Shown: one piece after another, positions 28,183-36,356 of the stretch | How positions within the stretch are numbered: the stretch's first letter is position 1 | Layout: each line of letters opens with the position of its first letter | Assembly (NCBI GenBank): GCA_050250955.1 | Contig: JBFWNR010000005.1 | Location: 191,911-255,910, forward strand | Source of the DNA: Vicinamibacterales bacterium | GTDB lineage: Bacteria > Acidobacteriota > Vicinamibacteria > Vicinamibacterales > UBA2999 | Reading direction: 5' to 3' | Length of the DNA: 64,000 bases | Translations under genes and position numbers: made by a program | Notes under the pieces: model-generated | The model's input: only the letters and a program-made list of their open reading frames with translations | What the model was told of the DNA's origin: nothing | Database searches by the model: none

Positions 28183-28279
28183 CAACGCCCGTTCGCCGCC
28201 GCCCTGCCGGCCGCCCCGGAATCGACGGCGACTCAGCCGCTGCCGGTGACCGCCTTCCTCGCTCGTCGCGCCCGCCGCC

Positions 28280-29509
28280 TCATCGCACCTCGAAGCGGCC
28301 GAGCGCGGCGGTGAAGGTGCGGCGCCCCGGGGCCGACTGGAAGGGCGGGAAGCCCGTGGGCGACACGGCGAACAACTCCACGACCACTTCGGTGTCGTTC
28401 GACGTGGCGTCGAGCAACTGCACGCTGCCATCGGCGGGCTGTCCGCTGCCGGCGGCGACGGCGGCGAGCCAGGCGTCGAGGTCGGCGGCGGTGGAAGCCT
28501 GCCCCGCCGCCGCGACGTCGAGCGCCAGACCGGCGTAGGCCACCGCGCCAGGCTCGAACTGGCGCCGCACCTCACCGGTGGGCGGTGCCGGCAGCTTGGC
28601 CGCGGACATGCGCAGGCCGCGCACCGCGCTCACGCCGCGTCCGTCCACACCGCCGAGCGACACGCGGAAGTTGCTGCGCAGCAGCAGCTTCTGCGCGCCC
28701 ACATTGACGCGCTGGCCGTCGCCTGGCGAGGTGCGAATGTCCTCGGGCACCACGACGAACGTGAACACGACCATGCCGTTGCTGGCGGCGTCGAGGTCCG
28801 AGACGGCGAACTCGCGCAGGAAGCCGCCCCGGATCGACATCTCGGTCAACGCGAGGCCGGCAAAGTCCACCTGGTACACCGTGACGTCGTGGCGGCTGGG
28901 CCGCTGCGCTGCGTCGTTGGCCCAGGCGAAGAGCTCCGCCGGCGCGGCGGGCGTCGCGAAGTAGCAGTCGTCGTACTCGATGCCGAGCACGACGTCCACG
29001 CAGCCGCCGAACGCCGACAGCGGAAACGTCGGTCCGCCGTCGATCGCCGCCAGAAACGTGCCGGCGTACGGTGTCGGTGCCGGCGTGGCCACCGCGGCCG
29101 CCGGTCCCGGCGGTCCCGCCGGCCCAGCCGGCCCGGTCGCTCCTGCCGGCCCCGCCGGCCCGGTGGCTCCGGCCGGGCCCTGAGGCCCTGGCTCACCCTG
29201 CGGTCCCGCCGGGCCGGCGGGTCCCGCCGGGCCCATCGGACCTGGCGCGCCGGGGGCGCCGTCGGCGCCGGGCTCGCCTTTGGGCCCGGCCGGCCCCTCG
29301 ACGTTCCACTGGATCCGGCGCTCGGTGGGCAGGCAGTTGTCCGACGCCGCCACGATGCGCACGACGCCGGCCAACCGGCCGACGCACGCGGTGATCACTC
29401 CGGACGACACCTGGGCCTCGGCGGCCGGAACACTCAGAAGCATGGCCGCGGCGAGCAACGTTGCGACGGTCACGCCCGCCGACACCGAACACAGGGACTG
29501 ACGACTCAT
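28280..29509 (-). CDS. secreted collagen-like triple-helix repeat protein with two tandem C-terminal phage tail-tube (T4 gp19 / Afp1)-like domains
   Basis: A GGAGAGG RBS precedes ATG 29509. The signal peptide is [32 protein letters not shown]. About 65 residues of G-X-Y repeats follow ([16 protein letters not shown]...GPAGPPGP, about 29103-29297). Two modules then resemble tube proteins: [20 protein letters not shown]...[17 protein letters not shown], and [20 protein letters not shown]...LDAWLAAV...[23 protein letters not shown]. Confidence 0.8.
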   Translation of the reverse strand: MSRQSLCSVSAGVTVATLLAAAMLLSVPAAEAQVSSGVITACVGRLAGVVRIVAASDNCLPTERRIQWNVEGPAGPKGEPGADGAPGAPGPMGPAGPAGPAGPQGEPGPQGPAGATGPAGPAGATGPAGPAGPPGPAAAVATPAPTPYAGTFLAAIDGGPTFPLSAFGGCVDVVLGIEYDDCYFATPAAPAELFAWANDAAQRPSRHDVTVYQVDFAGLALTEMSIRGGFLREFAVSDLDAASNGMVVFTFVVVPEDIRTSPGDGQRVNVGAQKLLLRSNFRVSLGGVDGRGVSAVRGLRMSAAKLPAPPTGEVRRQFEPGAVAYAGLALDVAAAGQASTAADLDAWLAAVAAGSGQPADGSVQLLDATSNDTEVVVELFAVSPTGFPPFQSAPGRRTFTAALGRFEVR

Positions 29510-29664
29510 GGCACCTCTCCTCGAGACGAGGCCACACGACGGTGTGGGGCCGCACGGGCGGTTGGCCCGTGCACTTCGACAAGAGGGCATTCCCCGACGA
29601 TTTGCTCACCGGTGCCCGCGATCCACGCTTGCCGGGCCGCTCGCGGCTGCTCCAAGCTGTAGGC

Positions 29665-32250
29665 GTGCGCCCGGTCCAGGTGGCCCTCGCCGTCCTGACG
29701 CTGGCGGCTGGCCAGCCGGGGTCGGGGTTCGCCGATGCCTCAACCGACGTCGAGCAGGCGACCGCGGCGGCAGGGGCACCCGGGGCCGGCGCCCGTCTCC
29801 TCGCCCTGGCGCGAGCCCGCCGCCTGCTCGAGAGCGGCGCCCCACAGGAGGCCGAGCCCCTCCTCACCGCGCTGGTGGCGCACGCCGAGGCGGCCGGCGA
29901 TCAGCAGACCGCGAGTCTCGCCGAAGGCGCCCTGGGTCGGGCGCGCAGCATGGTCGGCGACGCCGACGGCGCGGCCCGCTGGTTCGCCGCCGCCGAGCGC
30001 CGCGCGCGGGCCCACGACCAGCCGCGGGCTCTGGCGTGGGTGCATCTGCTGCGTGGCACCGATGCCTTCGCGCGTGGCGACCGCGACAGCGCCCGGGCCG
30101 CCTGGGAAGCGGCGCGCGACGCCTTCGCCGCGATCGCCGATCTGGAGAACCAGGCCTATGTCGTCCGGGCTCTCGCGGCGGTGTCGGGTGCCGAGCGGGC
30201 CGAGCCGTTGCTGCTCAGCGCCATCGACCTGGCCCGGCGCGGCGGAGCGCCAGGCACCGAGGGGCTGGCGCTGCACTCGCTGGCCGACCTCGCCTACGCC
30301 CGCGGTCAGTGGAACCGCGCCCTCGCCCTGGCGACCGAGGCCCTGCCGCTCGTCGAACGCCACGGCACGCCGATCGAGATCGTGCGCGTGCACCTGAGCC
30401 TCGCCCGGCTGCATCGCTCGCACGGCGTCCGCGCCGACGCGCTGGCCGCCTACGAGCGGGCGCGGACGCGCCTGGCGAGCATCCCGCGCGGCCTGGGCGT
30501 CTCGGCCGCCTGGGCGCTGCTCAGTTCGGGCCTCAACAACCTCGACGACGTGCCGGGTGCCGTCGAGGCCGGCCGCTCCGCGCGGCGGCTCGCCGCCGAC
30601 TCGCGCAGTGCCGTGGACGCCACCGTGGCGGCCTACGTGCTGTCGGACGCCTTGACCCGCCACGGCGACGCCGCCGAGGCCATCGCGGTGATCGACGGCG
30701 TCGCCGCGCCCGATCGCAGCCTGGCGCACGGCCTGGCGGTGAACCGCGCCGACGCGCTGTCGCGCCTCGGCCGCCATGCCGACGCGCTCGAGGCGGCCGC
30801 CGCCGCGGACCGTCTCCCCGAGGACATCCTGGACGTGCTGCCACGCTACCCGGCCCTGCTCGCCGCGGTGCGCGCCCGCGCCGGCGCCATCGACCTGGCG
30901 CTGCGCGACTCGCGGCGCGCCGTCGAGGTGCTCGAGCGGCTGCGCAGCGGCACCGTGCCGGCCGACGCGCTGCGCGCCGGGTTCGACGAAAGCTTTCAGT
31001 GGGTGCACGCCCAGCACGTCCGGCTGCTGTCCGATCACGGCGACGCCGGCGAGGCTCTGGCCGCCACCGAACGCGCCCGGGCCCGCGCCTTCAGCGACCT
31101 GCTGGCCGGCCGCGAATTCGACGCGGTGGCCGACGCGCCGGCCGTGAACGTCGCCGCGATCGCCGCCGAAGCGCGGCGGTCGCAGTCCGTGGTCGTCGCC
31201 TACTGGACCGACGACGCGCACGTGCGGATCTGGGTGGTGACCGGCGACGGGCTGCGCGCCCATCGCCGTGTGCCGATGCCGTCGGGCCGGCTGACGGACC
31301 TGGTGGCCCGCACCTGGCGCGCCGAGGAACCGCTCGCCGGCAGCGGCCGCCCCTCGGCCTATCGCGAACTGCACGCGCTGCTCGTCCAGCCGGTGGCCGC
31401 GGCGATCACGGCGGCGCGTGTCACCCGGCTGACGATCGTGCCGCATGGCCCGCTGTTCCGCCTGTCGTTCGCCGGGCTGCAGCGCGCTGACGGCCGCTTC
31501 CTCGTCGAGGGCTTCGCCGTGCACTACGTGCCGTCCATCGCCACCGCGGTGGGACTGTCGTCGTCGCGCGAGGCGCCCCCCGATGCCCGGCGCGGCCTGG
31601 TCGTCGCCGATCCCGCCCTCGGCGACGCGCGCCGCGCCGAAGGCCTGCGGCCGCTGCCCGGGGCGGCCGCCGAGGGGCGCGCGGTGGCCCGCGTGCTCGG
31701 CGTCGAGGCCGCCGACGTGCTGGCCGGCGCGGCGGCCACCGAGTCAGGGGTGCGCGCCGCCGTGGCGGGACAGCGGGTCGTGCACTTTGCGACCCACGCC
31801 GTCGCCTCCGACCGCGAGCCGCTCGAGTCGTACCTCGCGCTGGCGCCGTCGGGCGACGCCGCCGACGACGGGCGGTTGACCGCCGCCGAAGTCTACGGGC
31901 TGTCGCTCGCCGCGGAGCTGGTCGTGCTCAGCGGGTGTCGGACGGCGTCCGGTGCGATCACCGGCGACGGCGTCGTCGGCCTGTCGCGGGCGTTCTTCGT
32001 CGCCGGCACGCCGTCGATCGTCGCCAGCTTGTGGGATCTGCCGGATCTCGCCGGCCGTGAACTGCTCCCGGCGTTCTACCGCGCGTGGCAGGGCGGCGGC
32101 AGCAAGGCCGACGCGCTGCGCCGGGCGCAGAGGGCGATGCTCGCCGGGCTGCGCGCCGGGCGGCACAGCGTCGAGACCCCGGCCGGCCGGGTGCCGGTCG
32201 AAGCGCATCCGGCGGTCTGGGCCGGGCTGGTGCTGCTGGGCCGCCCCTGA
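29665..32250 (+). CDS. TPR-repeat CHAT-domain (caspase-like) protease
   Basis: The N-terminal approximately 500 aa are Ala/Arg/Leu-rich, TPR-like helical repeats. The C-terminal CHAT domain has His in VVHFATHA (31795-31797) and Cys in VVLSGCRTASG (31936-31938), followed by GLSRAFFVAGTPSIVASLW. The start is uncertain (GTG 29665 or 29680). Confidence 0.85.
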   Translation: MRPVQVALAVLTLAAGQPGSGFADASTDVEQATAAAGAPGAGARLLALARARRLLESGAPQEAEPLLTALVAHAEAAGDQQTASLAEGALGRARSMVGDADGAARWFAAAERRARAHDQPRALAWVHLLRGTDAFARGDRDSARAAWEAARDAFAAIADLENQAYVVRALAAVSGAERAEPLLLSAIDLARRGGAPGTEGLALHSLADLAYARGQWNRALALATEALPLVERHGTPIEIVRVHLSLARLHRSHGVRADALAAYERARTRLASIPRGLGVSAAWALLSSGLNNLDDVPGAVEAGRSARRLAADSRSAVDATVAAYVLSDALTRHGDAAEAIAVIDGVAAPDRSLAHGLAVNRADALSRLGRHADALEAAAAADRLPEDILDVLPRYPALLAAVRARAGAIDLALRDSRRAVEVLERLRSGTVPADALRAGFDESFQWVHAQHVRLLSDHGDAGEALAATERARARAFSDLLAGREFDAVADAPAVNVAAIAAEARRSQSVVVAYWTDDAHVRIWVVTGDGLRAHRRVPMPSGRLTDLVARTWRAEEPLAGSGRPSAYRELHALLVQPVAAAITAARVTRLTIVPHGPLFRLSFAGLQRADGRFLVEGFAVHYVPSIATAVGLSSSREAPPDARRGLVVADPALGDARRAEGLRPLPGAAAEGRAVARVLGVEAADVLAGAAATESGVRAAVAGQRVVHFATHAVASDREPLESYLALAPSGDAADDGRLTAAEVYGLSLAAELVVLSGCRTASGAITGDGVVGLSRAFFVAGTPSIVASLWDLPDLAGRELLPAFYRAWQGGGSKADALRRAQRAMLAGLRAGRHSVETPAGRVPVEAHPAVWAGLVLLGRP

Positions 32251-32317
32251 CCCTGTCGCCGCCGCGTCGTGAGCAAATCCGTGTGACGCCCGCTCTACTG
32301 TCAGGTGACGCGCCCTC

Positions 32318-33172
32318 ATGACTCCACCTCATGCGCCCGGTGACGACCAGGGGCCCGCGCCCGCGGCCATCGTCCACCCGCCCGAGGACGCCTGGGTGCG
32401 CTTTGCCAGCCGCGACCTGGACCCGGCCGAGCGTGCATCGATGGCCGACCACATCGTGGCGTGCGCCGAGTGCGCCAGGGTCTACCGCGCGGTCGCGGAG
32501 GTGAGCGGCAGCGGCGCCGGGCTCGGGGCTGGCGATCGCACCGCGACCTCCTCGCGCTGGCGCGAACGGGTCGCCCTGGCTGCCTCGGTGGCCTTGGCCG
32601 TGGCCGGCTGGACCTGGCTGATTCCGGCCGCGCCGTCGGCGCCGTCAGCCGTGGCCCCGGCCGCGGGCCCGGTCGCCCCGCCGCCTTCGCCCTCACGCGC
32701 CGAGCCGCCGGCGTGGGCGGCCCTCGGCGAGCCGCCCGCCTTGCGGCTGCCGGCGTCGCTCACGCTGGCCGTCCGGGGATCGCGCGATGACGCCGACGCG
32801 TTCATGGCGGCTTTGGGGACGGCGATGACGCCCTATCGCGCCGGGCGCTTCGCCGAGGCGGCCACCGCGCTGGCCGCGGTCGCCGCCGCGCACCCGGCGG
32901 TGCCCGAGGGGTGGTTCTACCTCGGCGCGGCGCGGCTGCACGCCGGGATGCCCGCCGAGGCGATCGAGCCGCTGCGCCGGGCAGCCGCCTCCGCGGTCGT
33001 CGGCGACGACGCGTCGTGGTGGGAGGCCGTCGCGCTGGCCCGCGCCGGGCGCGACGACGACGCTCAGCGGGCGTTGCAGGCGCTGTGCGCGGCGGCCGGT
33101 CCGAACCGGGCGCGGGCGTGTGCCGCCGTCGACGCGGTGCGCCCGGCACCGTCCGCGCCGGCGACGCCGTAG
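32318..33172 (+). CDS. zf-HC2 (ZAS-type) anti-sigma factor with one TM segment and a TPR-like C-terminal domain
   Basis: The H-x3-C-x2-C motif is HIVACAEC. The TM segment is VALAASVALAVAGWTWLI. It lies 68 bp downstream of the CHAT gene on the same strand. Confidence 0.7.
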   Translation: MTPPHAPGDDQGPAPAAIVHPPEDAWVRFASRDLDPAERASMADHIVACAECARVYRAVAEVSGSGAGLGAGDRTATSSRWRERVALAASVALAVAGWTWLIPAAPSAPSAVAPAAGPVAPPPSPSRAEPPAWAALGEPPALRLPASLTLAVRGSRDDADAFMAALGTAMTPYRAGRFAEAATALAAVAAAHPAVPEGWFYLGAARLHAGMPAEAIEPLRRAAASAVVGDDASWWEAVALARAGRDDDAQRALQALCAAAGPNRARACAAVDAVRPAPSAPATP

Positions 33173-33666
33173 TCGTCGCGCAACCGGACCCGCAGATCGG
33201 CGATCCCGCGCGCCACCAGGTTGCGGGCCCGCTGGTAGGTCCAGCCGTAGAGATCCATCAGCTCGCGGACGTCGAACCCGGCCAGATGGCCCTGGACGGC
33301 CCGGCGGCGATCGATCGGCAGCGCGGCGATTGCCGCCCGCAGGGCCGCTCGCTGCTCGCGACGGTCGAGCGGGTCGGGGGCCGTCGCCCCGCACGCCTCG
33401 TCCACGCCGCCGCCGGCGATCAGCGTGTCGCGCACCCGCGTCCGGGCCATCGCCCGCACCGTTTCGCGCACCGCGGCGCGATGGAGGTAGGCCCCGGGAT
33501 GGTCGATCACCCGCCCGTGAGAGACCTGCGTCCACAGCCCGATTAACACGTCCTGCCGGATGTCGTCGAGGTCGCGCGCGGCGGGGCCGGCGGCCCGCCG
33601 CACCGCCCAGGCGATCAGCGTGCCGTAGCGATCGATGAGGGAACGGAACCGCTCGTCGCCGGACAT
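33064..33666 (-). CDS. ECF-type RNA polymerase sigma-70 family factor
   Basis: Region 2 is DDIRQDVLIGLW...HPGAYLHRAAVRE. Region 4 is ELMDLYGWTYQRARNLVARGIADLR. The start is either ATG 33666 (preceded by TAGGAT plus 7 nt) or ATG 33675. The 3' end overlaps the anti-sigma gene by 109 bp. Confidence 0.85.
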   Translation of the reverse strand: MSGDERFRSLIDRYGTLIAWAVRRAAGPAARDLDDIRQDVLIGLWTQVSHGRVIDHPGAYLHRAAVRETVRAMARTRVRDTLIAGGGVDEACGATAPDPLDRREQRAALRAAIAALPIDRRRAVQGHLAGFDVRELMDLYGWTYQRARNLVARGIADLRVRLRDDYGVAGADGAGRTASTAAHARARFGPAAAHSACNAR

Positions 33667-33673
33667 GCCCGCC

Positions 33674-33679
33674 ATCCTA
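33674..33679 (-). promoter_or_regulatory. -10-like TAGGAT box 7 nt upstream of ATG 33666 (leaderless-type promoter of the ECF sigma gene)
   Basis: The minus strand reads TAGGAT-ggcgggc-ATG. Confidence 0.4.
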
Positions 33680-33750
33680 GGCGCCGCCCGCCGCCCGCGG
33701 TATCCCCTGAACAGGGGAGGGTGACGCGGCTGCGGCCGGGGGTTGCGAGG

Positions 33751-35631
33751 CTACGCTCGCCGCACGTCCTGACGCCGGTCCGGCGGGCTGGCGTTGGCGC
33801 GCGTTCCGACCGGCAACACCAGCGTGACGATCGAGCCGGATGCGCCGCCCTCGAGGCGCAGCGATCCGCCCACCGCGGCCGCCCGCTGGCGCATGTTCCC
33901 GAGGCCGCGGCCGCTGCCGCGACGGGGCGCCTCGGCCGGGAAGCCGCGGCCGTTGTCGCGGACGCTCAGCCGGATTTCGGTGCCGTCGGCGGCCAGGCCG
34001 GCCGACACCACCACCTCGGTGGCGCCGGCATGCTTGAGCACGTTGGCGACCGCCTCCTGCACGATGCGCAGGACCTGCAGGATGTCGCGCGGCAGCAGAC
34101 CCGTGGTCGGCAGGTCGGCCACCTCCCAGCGCAGCGCCACGCCCTGGCGGGCCAGCCGCTCGGTGAGCCGGTAGCGCAGGTTGCCGAGCACCGTCACCAG
34201 GTCGCCGTCGGTCGGCTCGAGCGAGTCGATCATCAGCCGCAGGTCGTCGATGCACTCGTCCAGGAGCGCCGTCAGCTCGCCGGCGTCGAGCGTGCCGTGG
34301 CCGGCCAGCTGACGCGCCGCGATGAGCTGCGAGCCGACGCCGTCGTGCATGTCGCGCATGATCCGCTCGCGCTCGCCGGCCAGCGTCTCGGCGGCATAGG
34401 CGGCGCGCAGTTCGGCGTACGACCGCTCCAGTGCCGCCGCCTTGTCGCGCACCCGCGCCTCGAGCTCGACGTTGAGCGTCTCGGCGGCGCGGCGACCGGC
34501 CGCCACCTGGCCGAGCAGGTTCCAGAACACGGCGATGAACAGCACCGGCACGCCGTAGTGCAGGTTGAAGGGCTCGGCGTACGCGAACGCCCCCTGGCGG
34601 TTGAACCAGTCGTGGGCGCCGAGCCCGAGCACGAACAGCGCCGCACCGACCAGCAGGACGCTCTCGGCGGTGCGCGACCGGCGGGCGACGTCGAACAGGA
34701 TCTTGAACTCGTAGGCGCCGAGGAACAGCAGCGCGAGGAGCAGCGCGTTGGCGAGCCCGAAGATCTGGCCGAGGCCGGCCGCCCACAGCACCAGCGGGGC
34801 GAGGACGGCGTAGGTCAGCGCCGCCGCCTCGAGCCACGGCCGGCGCAGGCCGGCGAAGCGCAGCGCGAACATCATCATCGCCACCACGACCCAGACCAGC
34901 GAGGCGACGATGAGCACCTCCCAGACCAGCGTCGGCACCGGGATGTCCACGGCGAGCACCAGGGCGCTGTGCAGCGTCCAGCACATCGCGGCGAGGCCGA
35001 AGTAGCCGTAGGCGCTGGTCCAGCGCAGCACGAACCACGCCACCAGCACCAGCACGCCGAGCGCGAAGGTGATGCCGGTGGTGGCCTGCATGGCCGTGAC
35101 CTGGCGGAACACGTGCCGCTGCCAGCGCGCCTGCAGCACGTCCGGATCGCCGACGTAGACCTCCGACAGCCCGCCCTGGTTGTCGGGATAGGCGCGCAGG
35201 CGCAGGTGGAACACGTTGGTCCCGGGATGCAGCAGCGCGGCCGGGGCCACGTAGAGCTGCGGCCGGTACCACAGCCGGGTCAGTGGCTCGTCGAAGCGGC
35301 CGCCTTCGGCCAGCCGGGTGCCGTTGACGAACGGCCGGCCGACCATGCTGAGCCGCGGCACGTAGATCGCGGTGAGCGCCGGCGACGCCGGCACCTGGAA
35401 CTCGACGCGGTACCAGGCGTCGCCGCCGACCGCCGGCCGACGGCGGCTCCAGTCGTCGGGCAGGCTGACGGGCTGCCACGGGGCGTCGTCCGCCGGCGGC
35501 ACGTCGCCGCCGGTGAGCAGGAGCGCCGCTCGAGTGATGGCGGCCGGCGGGCCGGCGTCGTCGCCGCGGCCGCACCCCGCGGCGGCGAGGGCGAGCCCGA
35601 GCACCACGAGCAGCGCCGCGCCGGAGGGCAC
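33751..35631 (-). CDS. 7TMR-DISM-type sensor histidine kinase (HisKA_3 / NarX-LiaS class)
   Basis: It has an N-terminal extracytoplasmic domain, about 7 TM helices, the H-box ERERIMRDMHDGVGSQL, and an HATPase_c domain (NVLKHAGA...DNGRGF...GRGLGNM). The start is uncertain: GTG 35631 gives a lipobox-like LAAAGC, and ATG 35682 or 35670 would overlap the regulator gene. Confidence 0.85.
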   Translation of the reverse strand: MPSGAALLVVLGLALAAAGCGRGDDAGPPAAITRAALLLTGGDVPPADDAPWQPVSLPDDWSRRRPAVGGDAWYRVEFQVPASPALTAIYVPRLSMVGRPFVNGTRLAEGGRFDEPLTRLWYRPQLYVAPAALLHPGTNVFHLRLRAYPDNQGGLSEVYVGDPDVLQARWQRHVFRQVTAMQATTGITFALGVLVLVAWFVLRWTSAYGYFGLAAMCWTLHSALVLAVDIPVPTLVWEVLIVASLVWVVVAMMMFALRFAGLRRPWLEAAALTYAVLAPLVLWAAGLGQIFGLANALLLALLFLGAYEFKILFDVARRSRTAESVLLVGAALFVLGLGAHDWFNRQGAFAYAEPFNLHYGVPVLFIAVFWNLLGQVAAGRRAAETLNVELEARVRDKAAALERSYAELRAAYAAETLAGERERIMRDMHDGVGSQLIAARQLAGHGTLDAGELTALLDECIDDLRLMIDSLEPTDGDLVTVLGNLRYRLTERLARQGVALRWEVADLPTTGLLPRDILQVLRIVQEAVANVLKHAGATEVVVSAGLAADGTEIRLSVRDNGRGFPAEAPRRGSGRGLGNMRQRAAAVGGSLRLEGGASGSIVTLVLPVGTRANASPPDRRQDVRRA

Positions 35632-35641
35632 GCGGCAGTGG

Positions 35642-36277
35642 TCAGATGAGGCGTAGCCGGCTGGCCTCATACACCGCCTCACCGCGCGACGACACTTCCA
35701 GCTTGGCGTAGATGTTCTTGATGTGCGACGACACGGTGTGCGGCGAGATGGTGAGCAGCGCCGCGATCTCGGGGACGCGGTAGCCCTTCGACACCAGCGT
35801 CAGCACCTCGCGCTCGCGATCCGAGAGCGTCACCGACGTCTCCACCGGCCGCCGCGTCACCGCGGTGAAGCGTTGGAGCACGCGCCGGGCGATGGTCGGG
35901 TGGATCGGGCTGCCGCCGGCGCGCAGCAGCTCGATGGTGGCGATGAAGTCGTCGGGCAGGCTGTCCTTGAGCAGGTAGCCGGTGGCGCCGGCTTCGAGGC
36001 TGCGCATGACGTGCGCCTCGTCGCCGAACACCGTGACGACCATCGCGTCGAGGGTCGGATGCAGCCGGCGGGCCTCGCGGACCACGTCGGCGCCGTCGCC
36101 GTCGGGCAGCCCGAGATCGCAGAGCAGCACGTCGATCGGCCCGTGGCGGAGCGCCGTCATCGCCTCGGCGCAGCTCCCCACCGCGCCGGCCAGCGTGAAG
36201 CGCGGGCACGACCCGACGATTCCGGCGAAACGCTGCCGGAAGGTCGGATCGTCCTCGACGATGAGGATGCGCGTCAT
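35642..36277 (-). CDS. LuxR/NarL-family two-component response regulator
   Basis: The receiver domain reads MTRILIVEDDP...DVLLCDLGLPDGDG. The C-terminal HTH domain reads LSDREREVLTLVSKGYRVPEIAALLTISPHTVSSHIKNIYAKL. Confidence 0.9.
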   Translation of the reverse strand: MTRILIVEDDPTFRQRFAGIVGSCPRFTLAGAVGSCAEAMTALRHGPIDVLLCDLGLPDGDGADVVREARRLHPTLDAMVVTVFGDEAHVMRSLEAGATGYLLKDSLPDDFIATIELLRAGGSPIHPTIARRVLQRFTAVTRRPVETSVTLSDREREVLTLVSKGYRVPEIAALLTISPHTVSSHIKNIYAKLEVSSRGEAVYEASRLRLI

Positions 36278-36356
36278 CGACTGCGGCACACAGACCCCGC
36301 GGCCGGCCTCAGCATGGCACATCGGCGCGCGGCCGTGGCGATCGCCGGCGGCACGG

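Noticed and set aside
28280-29509. Possibility that the tail-tube-like gene marks a prophage or a contractile injection system.
   Set aside because: No sheath, baseplate, portal, terminase, integrase or lysis genes occur within the window. The flanking genes are a peptidase and a CHAT protein. It is therefore treated as an orphan domain fusion and reported under findings.
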